This document shows, one piece after another, positions 1 to 10,010 of a stretch of DNA of 64,000 nucleotides (the first letter of the stretch is position 1; each line of letters starts with the position of its first letter). The notes below the pieces were generated by a model. It did no database searches. It was not told the DNA's origin and saw nothing but the letters and a program-made list of their open reading frames with translations. The translations under genes were made by a program, and so were the position numbers. The DNA comes from Vulcanimicrobiota bacterium. Lineage in GTDB: Bacteria > Vulcanimicrobiota > Vulcanimicrobiia > Vulcanimicrobiales > Vulcanimicrobiaceae. The stretch is taken from assembly GCA_963795855.1 (NCBI GenBank), contig CAWCIZ010000002.1, positions 344,342-408,341 of the forward strand, given 5' to 3'.

Positions 1-1062
1 GAAGGCTACGGTGTACTTCCAGCGCGTTCCGGGCGCGACGGCGGTTCCGTTCGCGTCCTTCACCGACGCCGGAAGACCGGTCGTCGCACCCGTGACGTTG
101 ATCGTCGCGGTCTGCGTTCCCGGCATCGGCGTTTGCATCGTGAACGTGGCGCCGCCCATCGTGATCGTTTGTCCCGGCGTCGCGGTCGTGCTGTTGCCCA
201 GCGTGTCCGTGACCGTTGCCGACGTTCCGCCCGCGTTCGTCGTAACGGTGATCGTGTCGTTCTGACTCGTTGAACCGGCAACCGTTGCGGCAGCCGTGAG
301 AACGCCGCCCGGATCCGCCGTGGCAATGCCTGCAGGCGTCGAGCCGGTCGTGTCCGGCGACATCGTGATCGTCGCTTGATGCGCGTTGCCGAGCGAGTCG
401 TAGATTGTCGTCGTCAGGACTTTGCTGGCCGGCGATCCGCCCGCGAGCGCCACGGAAAATTGCGTTTGATCGAGCGATCCGCCGAAGCTCATGTCGAACT
501 CTTTGTCGTTCGAGGGTCCGAGCTTCACGGAGTTGGGGCCGCCCGTTGCGGTGGCTTGCATTTGCAGACCGAGCGGAACCGTGATCGTGCCGGGCGTTCC
601 CGTTGCCGACACCGTGCCGTTGCCGTTCGCCATGAAGCCTTGAACCGCCAAGCCGGTCGCCGGATCGTACAGCACGCCGTTCGCGTTCAACGAGAACGCG
701 CCGTCGCGCGTGTAGACCGGTTGTCCGCTTCCGTCCACGTTGCGCAGGACGAAGAACCCGTCACCATTGAGCGCGAGATCGGTGTTGACGCCGGTGGTTT
801 GCAAGCCGCCTTGGCTGAAGTTCGTGTCGATCGTGTTGACCTTTACGCCGAGCCCGATTTCCTGCGGGTTCACGCCGCCGCTGTTCTGCGAGGGCGCCGT
901 TGCATATCCGTTCTGCGACTGATAGAACAGATCGGCGAACGTCATGCGCTGGCCTTTGAAGCCGAACGTGCCGACGTTTGCAATATTGTTGGAGATCATG
1001 TCGATCTGGCTTTGATAAGCGTTCAGACCGGAGATGCCTGTAAACAGCGCATCGAATCCCAT
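1..1062 (-). CDS. flgE: flagellar hook protein FlgE, 5' part (3' end lies beyond the left window edge)
   Basis: My reverse translation from ATG 1062..1060 reads MGFDALFTGISGLNAYQSQIDMISNNIANVGTFGFKGQRMTFADLFYQ, the conserved rod/hook N-terminal motif. The frame stays open to nt 1. It is missing from the ORF track only because there is no in-window stop. It lies directly downstream of flgD. Confidence 0.85.
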   Translation of the reverse strand, partial: MGFDALFTGISGLNAYQSQIDMISNNIANVGTFGFKGQRMTFADLFYQSQNGYATAPSQNSGGVNPQEIGLGVKVNTIDTNFSQGGLQTTGVNTDLALNGDGFFVLRNVDGSGQPVYTRDGAFSLNANGVLYDPATGLAVQGFMANGNGTVSATGTPGTITVPLGLQMQATATGGPNSVKLGPSNDKEFDMSFGGSLDQTQFSVALAGGSPASKVLTTTIYDSLGNAHQATITMSPDTTGSTPAGIATADPGGVLTAAATVAGSTSQNDTITVTTNAGGTSATVTDTLGNSTTATPGQTITMGGATFTMQTPMPGTQTATINVTGATTGLPASVKDANGTAVAPGTRWKYTVAF

Positions 1063-1152
1063 GTCTTTTGACCTTTCTTACAGATACGCGGCGCGTCTAT
1101 CGATCGACGCCGCAGTCCGGAGCTCCGCAAGCGGTCCGCTCCGAGGTGAAAA

Positions 1153-1560
1153 CTAGCCGATTATTGCCGCACTGTCGATGTTGGTGAACACGTTCTCCCG
1201 CATCGAATCTCCGTCTACCGCGGTGATGACGGTGCGATTTTTGACGCTCACGACCATGGCGACGTCGCGGAGCATGAAGAGCGATTGTTTCGCGCCCTTT
1301 TCCGCTGCTTTGTCGGCCATCGCGTTCATGCGCGCCATGTCTTCGCTGCTCAAGTGGATGTTGCGCGACTGCAGACGCTGCATCGCGTGAGCCGAGAATT
1401 TGAGAGGCTGCGCCGTTGCCGTGCGCTGCTGCTGTTCGAGTACCGAACGGAAACTCGGGCCGGAGGTAGGCGGGATCTGTACCGGCGTGCCGGCCGGGCG
1501 CGGTGCCGGACCCGGGATTATGCCCGGCGTGCCGATCGCATTGAGATCCTTGGAGTCCAT
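1153..1560 (-). CDS. small flagellar operon protein (TIGR02530-like; occupies the flgD-flgE spacer position in Firmicutes-type operons)
   Basis: 135 aa ORF. The segment LKFSAHAMQRLQSRNI...VKNRTVITAVD...NVFTNIDSAAII resembles that family. It sits between flgD and flgE. Confidence 0.6.
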   Translation of the reverse strand: MDSKDLNAIGTPGIIPGPAPRPAGTPVQIPPTSGPSFRSVLEQQQRTATAQPLKFSAHAMQRLQSRNIHLSSEDMARMNAMADKAAEKGAKQSLFMLRDVAMVVSVKNRTVITAVDGDSMRENVFTNIDSAAIIG

Positions 1561-1563
1561 AGT

Positions 1564-2031
1564 TTAGTTGCCGATCCCCACGATTTCGCTCGTGGAAAAC
1601 ATCAACGGTTGCCCGTTGCCGTCTGAGATCGGTTTACCGTTGGCGCCGTTCATCGTGAAGTACGGCTGCCCGTTTTGCACTTCGATCGTGGAGACCGTGC
1701 CGGTTACCGATGACGTGTTGCCCGTGGCGTCCGGCGTGCTGACGGTGACGTTTTTGCCGATGAGCGTAGCCGATTGCATCACGCCGAAGTTCGACTGGAA
1801 GTTTTGAAACGAGGTGTTCATCTCTTCCGTTGCGGACAACGCCGAGAACTGCGCGAGCTGCGCGACCGACTGCGTGTCGTCGACCGGCTGCATCGGATCC
1901 TGATTCTGCATTTCCGTGGTGAGCAGTTGCAGAAAAGCCGACGAGTTGAGGTTCGCGTTGAGTCCCGTACTCGACGACGAAGACGGCGTTTGCTGGAGCC
2001 CCGCTCCATTGAGTGACGAGATACCTGCCAT
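1564..2031 (-). CDS. flgD: flagellar hook capping/assembly protein FlgD
   Basis: 155 aa ORF with the typical FLQLLTTEMQNQDPMQPVDDTQSVAQLAQFSAL motif. It lies between fliK and flgE. Confidence 0.9.
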   Translation of the reverse strand: MAGISSLNGAGLQQTPSSSSSTGLNANLNSSAFLQLLTTEMQNQDPMQPVDDTQSVAQLAQFSALSATEEMNTSFQNFQSNFGVMQSATLIGKNVTVSTPDATGNTSSVTGTVSTIEVQNGQPYFTMNGANGKPISDGNGQPLMFSTSEIVGIGN

Positions 2032-2048
2032 GTTCTACTCCTTGGCGT

Positions 2049-3536
2049 TTACGCCAAATAATTGAGCACGAGCGATTTGGCGCCGGTCAAAACCGGCGGA
2101 CCGAATCGTGAATCCGCCCAAGCGTCTTCTTCAGCGGCGTCGCCTTGCAGCGTGCCCACTTTGGCGAGTTGGCGGTGCTGCTGCGCGTGCTGCTGAGAGA
2201 AGCCGGGGTTTCCGCCCGAAACGTCGACGGAAAATTTGCCGAGCGAGAGACCCCCTTCGGCAAGCGCGCGCGCGAGCTGCTGCTGGTTTGAAAGCAGCAT
2301 GTCGCGAACGTGCGCGTTCTGTGCGACGATGTTCGCGGAAATGGTGTTACCGGTGACGGTGAGTTTGAGTGAGACGTCGCCCAAATGCTCGGGCTGCAGA
2401 CGCATGCGCACTTCCGACGTCGTGCCGAAATTGCGCAATGTGATGCCTTTGACGACTTGCTCGATGATCGACTGCGGGTCGATCGTGTAAGGCGCTGCCG
2501 CCGCGGTCGAACTCTGAACCGCCGCAGCGGTCGCAGTGTTGAGCGTGGAGGCAAATGCCGGAGTCGTCGAGCCGTTGCTGCCGTTCGTTTGCACGTGCGG
2601 CGCGTTCGAGACCGCGTTCTTTGCGAACGAGAACTCTTGCGACTGCTTGCCGCCGCCGCTCGAAGCGTTGTGCGACGAGTTTTGCGCGATCGCTTGCATG
2701 AGTTTCGCGAACAGCGCCGACGGAGAAGCGGACGCGTTGGAGACGGTTGCCGAGCGCGTCGCCGGAACGGCAGGCCGCTGCACGTCCGCATTCGCGGCGC
2801 GTGCGAGCATGCGGCCCAGCACGTCCGCGGATTGCGTCGTAATCGGCTGCGCGTCCCCAGACGTGTTTTGGGCGGGGGGTTGCGTTGCGCCTTGCGGAGC
2901 TGCGTTTTGCAGCTGCTGCACGACGCTTTGTAGAATCGAATCGGCAAGCGCGAGAGCACCGGCCGGCGTTTGCGTGCCGCTCGGTTCTTTCGTTTGCTGC
3001 TGGGCCGGGGTTTCTTTCGCCGATTTGGCGTCCAAGACTGCTCCCGGGAATCGATTCTGCTGCCCTGCGGTTTCGGTTTGGAGTGCCCTCGTCACGGTGC
3101 TCACGAGTGTTGCGAGCCTTTGCTGGAGGGACGCGGCTTTTCTGACGCCGCTTTCACCCGGCGGACTCGTGCCCGGCGGGGCGAGTGCCGACGCCAACGC
3201 ACGCTGAAGCGTACTTCGGCGCTGAGTGTTTTCCGCGTTTCCAGTCGCGCTTGCGAGCGCACCGGAGAGTTTCTGCGAAACGCGGTCGATGATGGTTGCG
3301 AGCGGCGTGCCGGTCTGGAGCAGACCCGCGAGCTGCGAAAGCAGATCGCTGCCGTCTAATCCGAGCTGATCCAATTTCTGAACGAGGTCTGCGCCGAAGC
3401 TGAGATCCTTGAGCAGGCCTTTGGATTTAGCCGTGCCGATGCGGCCAGAAGCCGCATGCGAGACCGCCGCACCGATGTTTAGGACTGGTAAAGCCAAACG
3501 ATATGTCACCCCCTTTCTCATGGGATTCCTGATCAT
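2049..3536 (-). CDS. fliK: flagellar hook-length control protein FliK
   Basis: The N-terminal two thirds are Pro/Ala/Gln/Ser-rich. The C-terminal Flg_hook-like segment reads EVRMRLQPEHLGDVSLKLTVTGNTISANIVAQNAHVRDMLLSNQQQL. The ORF-track start at 3626 overlaps trpG, so the in-frame ATGs at 3536 or 3521 are more plausible. Confidence 0.75.
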   Translation of the reverse strand: MIRNPMRKGVTYRLALPVLNIGAAVSHAASGRIGTAKSKGLLKDLSFGADLVQKLDQLGLDGSDLLSQLAGLLQTGTPLATIIDRVSQKLSGALASATGNAENTQRRSTLQRALASALAPPGTSPPGESGVRKAASLQQRLATLVSTVTRALQTETAGQQNRFPGAVLDAKSAKETPAQQQTKEPSGTQTPAGALALADSILQSVVQQLQNAAPQGATQPPAQNTSGDAQPITTQSADVLGRMLARAANADVQRPAVPATRSATVSNASASPSALFAKLMQAIAQNSSHNASSGGGKQSQEFSFAKNAVSNAPHVQTNGSNGSTTPAFASTLNTATAAAVQSSTAAAAPYTIDPQSIIEQVVKGITLRNFGTTSEVRMRLQPEHLGDVSLKLTVTGNTISANIVAQNAHVRDMLLSNQQQLARALAEGGLSLGKFSVDVSGGNPGFSQQHAQQHRQLAKVGTLQGDAAEEDAWADSRFGPPVLTGAKSLVLNYLA

Positions 3537-3562
3537 CTCATCGGCAGGGGGCAAGCGGAATG

Positions 3563-4161
3563 TTAGGGGCTGGCGGGCGAGCGCTCCGACGTGCGCAGCG
3601 CGTTCCGAATGATGCGATCGCCGCACTCGCTGAGTACGGATTCCGGATGAAACTGCACGCCGTGCACGGGCAGCGTCCGGTGGCTGATCGCCTGAATCAG
3701 GCCATCCTCGCTGCGGGCGGTGACGGCAAGGCCCTCCGGAAGCGTGGCCTCGTCAAGGCACAACGAGTGATAACGGGTCGCGGTAAGCGGATTGGGGACG
3801 CCTTCGAAGATTCCGCTTTGCGCGTGCGAGATGACCGAGGTCTTTCCGTGCATTGGCGCCGGTGCGTGCACCACGCGCGCACCGAACGCCTCGCCGATGG
3901 CCTGCAGGCCGAAACATACGCCGAAGACCGGCACGCGTCTTTGCGCGGCGGCACGAATCAGCGCAACGACTGCGGGTGTTTGGCCGGGATTACCGGGGCC
4001 GGGCCCGACGACGAGCGCGCCGTATGCATCGAGCACGCCGGCGTCGCGCAGCCGCGGGTCGTCGTTCAAAAACACATCCGGCTCGACGTCTTGCGATGCG
4101 AGCAGATGCACCACGTTATACGTGAAGGAGTCGAAATTATCGACGAAGAGAACGCGCAGAC

Positions 4162-4172
<11 letters not shown>
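3563..4172 (-). CDS. glutamine amidotransferase subunit of anthranilate / aminodeoxychorismate synthase (TrpG/PabA); start region ambiguous
   Basis: Class-I GATase motifs are present: PVFGVCFGLQAI and HGVQFHPES. The conserved N-terminus (VLFVDNFDSFTYNVV) extends upstream of the track's GTG at 4114, with no canonical in-frame start. A TTG at 4172..4170 fits if one base in the GCGCG run near 4154-4157 is extra (610 nt = 3n+1). Confidence 0.8.
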
Positions 4173-5499
<1,327 letters not shown>

Positions 5500-5512
5500 T
5501 TCCGAAGCGAGT

Positions 5513-6127
5513 TTACCGGTGCAGTTCGGGATGTTCCTGCGTCAGCCGAGCCGCATACGAAGCGGGAAGATTTTCGAGGATCGCGCCCACCGAATCGGGC
5601 GACATCAGTGCGAACACGCGGGCGACGTAGTCCTGCGGCAGTTTCTGAACGACCTGCGCGGCAGCTTCGGCATCCATGGCCGACCAAACGTCCGCGGTAC
5701 GGCGCATATCCGGACTTGCCTGAGCGCTCAAATCGGCCGTGGCCGCGCTACGGGTCTGCGCCGGCGCTTGCGGAGCCGGTGCGGCCGGTTTCGCGGAGTG
5801 CGCAAGCGCCGCTTGCTCCTGCGCTTGGTTTAACTGCGTCTGCAGCTGCGAAATCTGCTTGTCGCGATCGCTCACTTGCGAGCGCGCGTCGGCGAGTTGG
5901 CTTTGCAGCGATGCGATGGCCGCGTTCTGCGACGAAATGATGCGCGCTTGCCCGATCGAATCGAACGGCGCGGCAATCGGCTTCCACGCCGGTGCGAGCG
6001 GGCCGTTTGAAATCCACGTGCGTGACGGCGCCCACGAGAGTGCGCCGGCGATCAGCGCAACCGCGATCGCGGGAATGAGCACACGTTTCCAGGGAAACGG
6101 CTTTCTGCGTTGTCTCGTAACGATCAT
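5513..6127 (-). CDS. flagellar operon membrane protein with MgtE-N-like C-terminal domain (YlxF/FlbB-like)
   Basis: 204 aa: an N-terminal TM helix, a coiled-coil Q-rich middle and the C-terminus AAQVVQKLPQDYVARVFALMSPDSVGAILENLP. It occupies the position after fliJ, as ylxF does in B. subtilis. Confidence 0.55.
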   Translation of the reverse strand: MIVTRQRRKPFPWKRVLIPAIAVALIAGALSWAPSRTWISNGPLAPAWKPIAAPFDSIGQARIISSQNAAIASLQSQLADARSQVSDRDKQISQLQTQLNQAQEQAALAHSAKPAAPAPQAPAQTRSAATADLSAQASPDMRRTADVWSAMDAEAAAQVVQKLPQDYVARVFALMSPDSVGAILENLPASYAARLTQEHPELHR

Positions 6128-6585
6128 GATAGTCCTTGATTGGCGAGCAATAGAGCGTCGTGGCGCCGGTTGTTCGTATCGTCTAAATCGCGCTGCTCGC
6201 GCGCGGCTTCGAGCGCCCTATGTTCTTCGTAACGCCGGTCTTTGAGTTTCTCCATAACCTTGCGTTCTTTGCTTGCCGCAGCCAGGTCGGCGCGGGAGCG
6301 CTCGACGGCGGTGCGCCTCTGCGCGACGATCCCGAGCTGCATCGTCATGCACCGATCCAGGTATTCCAGATGCGCGTAATGCCAGCGGAGTTCTTCGCTG
6401 CTCAGGCTCGCGTGATCTTCGCGAAGCGCGAGCGAGTAACGCTTGAATTCCGCGTTCAACCGCGCGAGCTCGTCCTCGGCCGCCTGCAGTTCGCGGCGGC
6501 GTTCCGCGAAGATGCGCTGCTTCTCGTCTTCGATGCGTTTGCGGTGGTTCAGCACCGGTGCGAGCGCGAATTTGAACTTCGGCAT
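6124..6585 (-). CDS. fliJ: flagellar export chaperone FliJ
   Basis: 153 aa, highly charged coiled-coil protein starting MPKFKFALAPVLNHRKRIEDE. It lies immediately downstream of fliI with overlapping stop/start codons. Confidence 0.8.
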   Translation of the reverse strand: MPKFKFALAPVLNHRKRIEDEKQRIFAERRRELQAAEDELARLNAEFKRYSLALREDHASLSSEELRWHYAHLEYLDRCMTMQLGIVAQRRTAVERSRADLAAASKERKVMEKLKDRRYEEHRALEAAREQRDLDDTNNRRHDALLLANQGLS

Positions 6586-7907
6586 CAGGCGACGCTCATC
6601 AGTTGTGCCATGGTTTCCTGGAAGCCGGCGGTTTCGTAAATTCCTTGCCGGAGAAAGTGACGGATCGCTTCGATCTTCGAGAGCGCGAGATCGACGCGCG
6701 GATTACTGCCCGGGACGTAGGCGCCGATGTTGACCAGGTCTTCCGCATCGCGGTACGTCGCGAGGACGTCCCGCAAAGCCGAAGCCGCGGAATAGTGGTT
6801 CCGATCGACGACGTCGGGCATGACCCGGCTCACGCTCGAGAGCACGTCGATAGCCGGATATTGATTGGCAGCCGCGAGTTTGCGCGAGAGGACGACGTGG
6901 CCGTCGAGAATCGAGCGCACCGCGTCCGCGACCGGTTCGTTCATGTCGTCGCCGTCCACGAGCACCGAGTACAGGCCGGTAATCGTTCCCGCGTGCGAAG
7001 TGCCGGCGCGCTCCAGCAATTTGGGTAGAAGCGCGAACACGGACGGCGTGTAGCCGCGAGTGGTCGTCGGCTCGCCGATTGCGAGGCCGACTTCGCGCTG
7101 CGCCATTGCGAACCGCGTAACGCTGTCCATCATGAACGTGACGTCCAGGCCTTGGTCGCGGAAATATTCCGCAATCGTGGTTGCAACGAACGCCGCTTTG
7201 ATGCGAACGAGCGCGGGCTGATCGCTCGTAGAAACGACCACCACGCTGCGGCGCAGGCCTTCTTCACCCAAATCGCGCTCGATGAAATCGCGCACTTCTT
7301 TCCCACGCTCGCCGATGAGGGCGATGACGTTCACGTCCGCCGCGGTATTGCGCGCGATCATTCCGAGAATCGTCGATTTGCCCACGCCGCTTCCGGCGAA
7401 GATTCCGACGCGCTGCCCTTTTCCGCACGTGAGCAGACCGTCGATGGCTCGAATGCCGAGCGAAAGCGGCTGCGTGATGCGCCGGCGCGAGAGCGCGTCC
7501 GGAGGCGCCGCGACGATTTTCGCGCGCTTTCCGCCGAAGACGCGGCCTTTGCCGTCAATCGGATGACCGAGACCGTCGAGCACGCGTCCGAGCAGATCGT
7601 CCGTCACCGCGATTTCCAACGGTTTGCCGAGACTCAGGACGTCGCTGCCCGCGCCGATGCCCATCAGATCGCCCAGCGGCATGATCAGCACTTTGTTATC
7701 GCGGAAACCGACGACTTCAGCGAGCACCGGCTCGGCGGTGCGCTTGTACTGGATGTGACACGTCTCGCCGATGGCCATGTTCGGGCCGATGCTTTCGATG
7801 ACGACGCCGATCACTTGGCGCACCTTGCCGTTCTGGCGCACCAGATCGACTGAGTCGAGCAATCCGACGTATTTGTCGGCGGAAAAAACCGGCAGATCGA
7901 CAGACAT
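6585..7907 (-). CDS. fliI: flagellum-specific ATP synthase FliI
   Basis: 440 aa with Walker A GSGVGKST and F1/T3SS ATPase-like sequence throughout. Confidence 0.95.
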   Translation of the reverse strand: MSVDLPVFSADKYVGLLDSVDLVRQNGKVRQVIGVVIESIGPNMAIGETCHIQYKRTAEPVLAEVVGFRDNKVLIMPLGDLMGIGAGSDVLSLGKPLEIAVTDDLLGRVLDGLGHPIDGKGRVFGGKRAKIVAAPPDALSRRRITQPLSLGIRAIDGLLTCGKGQRVGIFAGSGVGKSTILGMIARNTAADVNVIALIGERGKEVRDFIERDLGEEGLRRSVVVVSTSDQPALVRIKAAFVATTIAEYFRDQGLDVTFMMDSVTRFAMAQREVGLAIGEPTTTRGYTPSVFALLPKLLERAGTSHAGTITGLYSVLVDGDDMNEPVADAVRSILDGHVVLSRKLAAANQYPAIDVLSSVSRVMPDVVDRNHYSAASALRDVLATYRDAEDLVNIGAYVPGSNPRVDLALSKIEAIRHFLRQGIYETAGFQETMAQLMSVA

Positions 7908-7916
7908 AACCGGCCC

Positions 7917-8768
7917 TCAGCTGGCTTGCGCGGGTGGGTTGATCAGCGCGGGTCCGCTCGATTCGCTGACCGAGATCGGATCCTCGACCGCGAGCAAACG
8001 GCGCACTTCACGGAGTTGCGTGGAGATCTTCGCATCGATCGTGCCTGCGTCGGTTTCGATGAGGACGCCGCCCCGATCCACGCGCTGATCCTCGATCACG
8101 CGCAGATTGTCGATGTCGTTCATGGCCATGAGTTTGTCGCGGTGTTGCCGCATGGTTTCGATGTCCGCCGGATTGACCCGAACGGTCACCGTCTCGCGGT
8201 TTACCAAACGCGTGATGGCGGACCGCGTCATTTCCAAAACTGCGCCGCCGTCGAGCGCCACGTGCTGATTCAAAACCCGTTCGGCGATTGCGACGGAAAG
8301 CCGCACGATTTCCGGCTCCGCGCTCTCGATGATTTTGTAGCGCTCGACGCGCGCCATTTCAACCAAACCACGCATCGTTTCGAGCATTTCGTCCATCTCG
8401 GCGGATGCGGCGGCCCGACCGTCGCCTACGCCCTGGTCGAATCCCAACTGCCGCGCTTCTGCTTCGATCTGCGCGACCCGCTGCTGCGCGTCCTCAACGA
8501 GTTTGAGCGCGCGCTCCCGCGCTTCGCGAACGAGCGTTTCAGCGTCGGAGGCCGCCTCATCGATCAGCGCGGCGGCTTCAACGCGTGCGGCGTCGATGAC
8601 GTCGCTCGCGGGTACGAGGGTCATCGTTTGCTCGGCCGGCGCGTGCGCGTCGGCAAAAATTGGGTCGTCGAAGGGGATGGGCGACACCTGCCGCGGAGCC
8701 GGTACGATCGGCGGCTTCACTTGATACGTCTGCTGGGTGAACTGCGCACCCTTGACGACTTTGCCCAA
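7917..8768 (-). CDS. fliH: flagellar assembly protein FliH
   Basis: 283 aa: an acidic coiled-coil middle and a FliH-type C-terminal domain. It lies between fliG and fliI. Confidence 0.8.
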   Translation of the reverse strand: MGKVVKGAQFTQQTYQVKPPIVPAPRQVSPIPFDDPIFADAHAPAEQTMTLVPASDVIDAARVEAAALIDEAASDAETLVREARERALKLVEDAQQRVAQIEAEARQLGFDQGVGDGRAAASAEMDEMLETMRGLVEMARVERYKIIESAEPEIVRLSVAIAERVLNQHVALDGGAVLEMTRSAITRLVNRETVTVRVNPADIETMRQHRDKLMAMNDIDNLRVIEDQRVDRGGVLIETDAGTIDAKISTQLREVRRLLAVEDPISVSESSGPALINPPAQAS

Positions 8769-8771
8769 AGC

Positions 8772-9851
8772 TTAGACCAGTTTCTCGTCCTTCGCTCCGC
8801 GGGCGATGATGATCTGGCCGTTTTCTTCCAGCGTCCGAATGACGTCGACGATCGACTGCTGAGCTTTGCCGACCTCGCGCATGCGAACGGGCCCGAGAAG
8901 ATCGATATCTTCGCGCAGCGTCGTGCCGGCGCGCGACGACATGTTTTTGAAGACGCGCGAGAGCAGATCTTCGTTCGCGGTCTTGAGCGCGAGCGCCAAG
9001 TCCTTGCCGTCGACTTCCTTGAGGATGCGTTGAATCGAGCGATCGTCCAGATTGACGATGTCTTCGAAGACGAAGAGCAAGTTTTTGACTTCGGTCGCGA
9101 GCTCCGGATCGCGCTTGGCGAGCCCCTCGAGAATATTCTTTTCCGTTTCGCGATCGACGAAGCCCATGACGTTCGCGAGCGATTGGACGCCGCCGGCCTT
9201 CGCGAAATCCGTTCCGCTGACCAGCAGACGCCTTCCCAGCAGTTCGTCGAGCTGTTCGAGCACTTCGGGCGCGGTTTTTTGCAGAATCGCGATGCGCATC
9301 GCCACTTCGGCCTGCAACTCGGGCGGAAGCGCGGAAAGCACCGCGCCGGCCTGATCGGCCGCCATGTAGACGAGGATGAGCGCGATCGTCTGCGGATGTT
9401 CGTCTTGAATGAACTGCAGCAGCTGCGCCGGCTCAGTCTTCTTGATGAGTTCGAGCGGATTGCCGTGCTTGAGCGCCGCGAACAAGCGGTTCGTCATGTC
9501 GTCGGCTTGACCGGCGCCGAACGAACGCTCGAGAATCTCCTTGGCGTACTCGATGCCGCCTTCGTTGATGTACTTCAGCGCGATGGCGCGCTGATACGCC
9601 TCCGTTATGACCGAATCACGCTTCTCGAGCGGTACCGTCGAGATTTTTGCGATTTCGAGGACGATGCGTTCGACTTCGTCCTGTCGCAAGAATTTGAAAA
9701 TCGTCGCGGAGAGCTCGAGGCCGAGCGTAATAATCAGAATCGCAGCCTTTTCGGGGCCGGTAACGTCGAGCGCCGGAAAATCGCCGCCGAGCTGTCCGAG
9801 ATCGGGCAGATCGTCGGGCACGTCGCTGAGGTTGACGATGGGCGAGTCCAT
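8772..9851 (-). CDS. fliG: flagellar motor switch protein FliG
   Basis: FliG sequence throughout (EKAAILIITLG..., C-terminal IVDVIRTLEENGQIII). I prefer ATG 9851 (GGAG upstream) over the track's GTG 9863, which lies inside the repeat element. Confidence 0.9.
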   Translation of the reverse strand: MDSPIVNLSDVPDDLPDLGQLGGDFPALDVTGPEKAAILIITLGLELSATIFKFLRQDEVERIVLEIAKISTVPLEKRDSVITEAYQRAIALKYINEGGIEYAKEILERSFGAGQADDMTNRLFAALKHGNPLELIKKTEPAQLLQFIQDEHPQTIALILVYMAADQAGAVLSALPPELQAEVAMRIAILQKTAPEVLEQLDELLGRRLLVSGTDFAKAGGVQSLANVMGFVDRETEKNILEGLAKRDPELATEVKNLLFVFEDIVNLDDRSIQRILKEVDGKDLALALKTANEDLLSRVFKNMSSRAGTTLREDIDLLGPVRMREVGKAQQSIVDVIRTLEENGQIIIARGAKDEKLV

Positions 9852-10010
9852 ATTAAAAGGCACTCCGCTCTGCTGCGCGCCGATTTAAAAGGCGCTGCGG
9901 CCTAGCCTGCGCGCCCCTCATCAAAGATGGGGCCCCCACGACCTCATGGCGCCTCGACGTTCTGCCCGCGTAAGCTTTCCCCGTGGGCGCCGTTAAAGTT
10001 GAGCGCCCTA
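9852..10010. repeat. structured intergenic repeat, locus A (partial head copy 9852-9883 plus full unit 9884-10010)
   Basis: About 80% identical by eye to 13183-13322. It carries hairpins at 9891-9915 and 9914-9932 and fills the fliF-fliG intergenic gap. Confidence 0.8.

Noticed and set aside
7926-9905. A 659-aa plus-strand ORF covering fliH and fliG, plus many other long ORFs antisense to real genes. Examples are 376..1071, 11781..13187, 33049..34608, 47556..48296, 56458..57426 and 60717..61742.
   Set aside because: Their composition is dominated by Arg/Ala/Gly/Asp/His with no recognisable motifs. Each lies antisense to a gene with unambiguous homology. This is the typical stop-codon-poor shadow-frame effect in GC-rich DNA.
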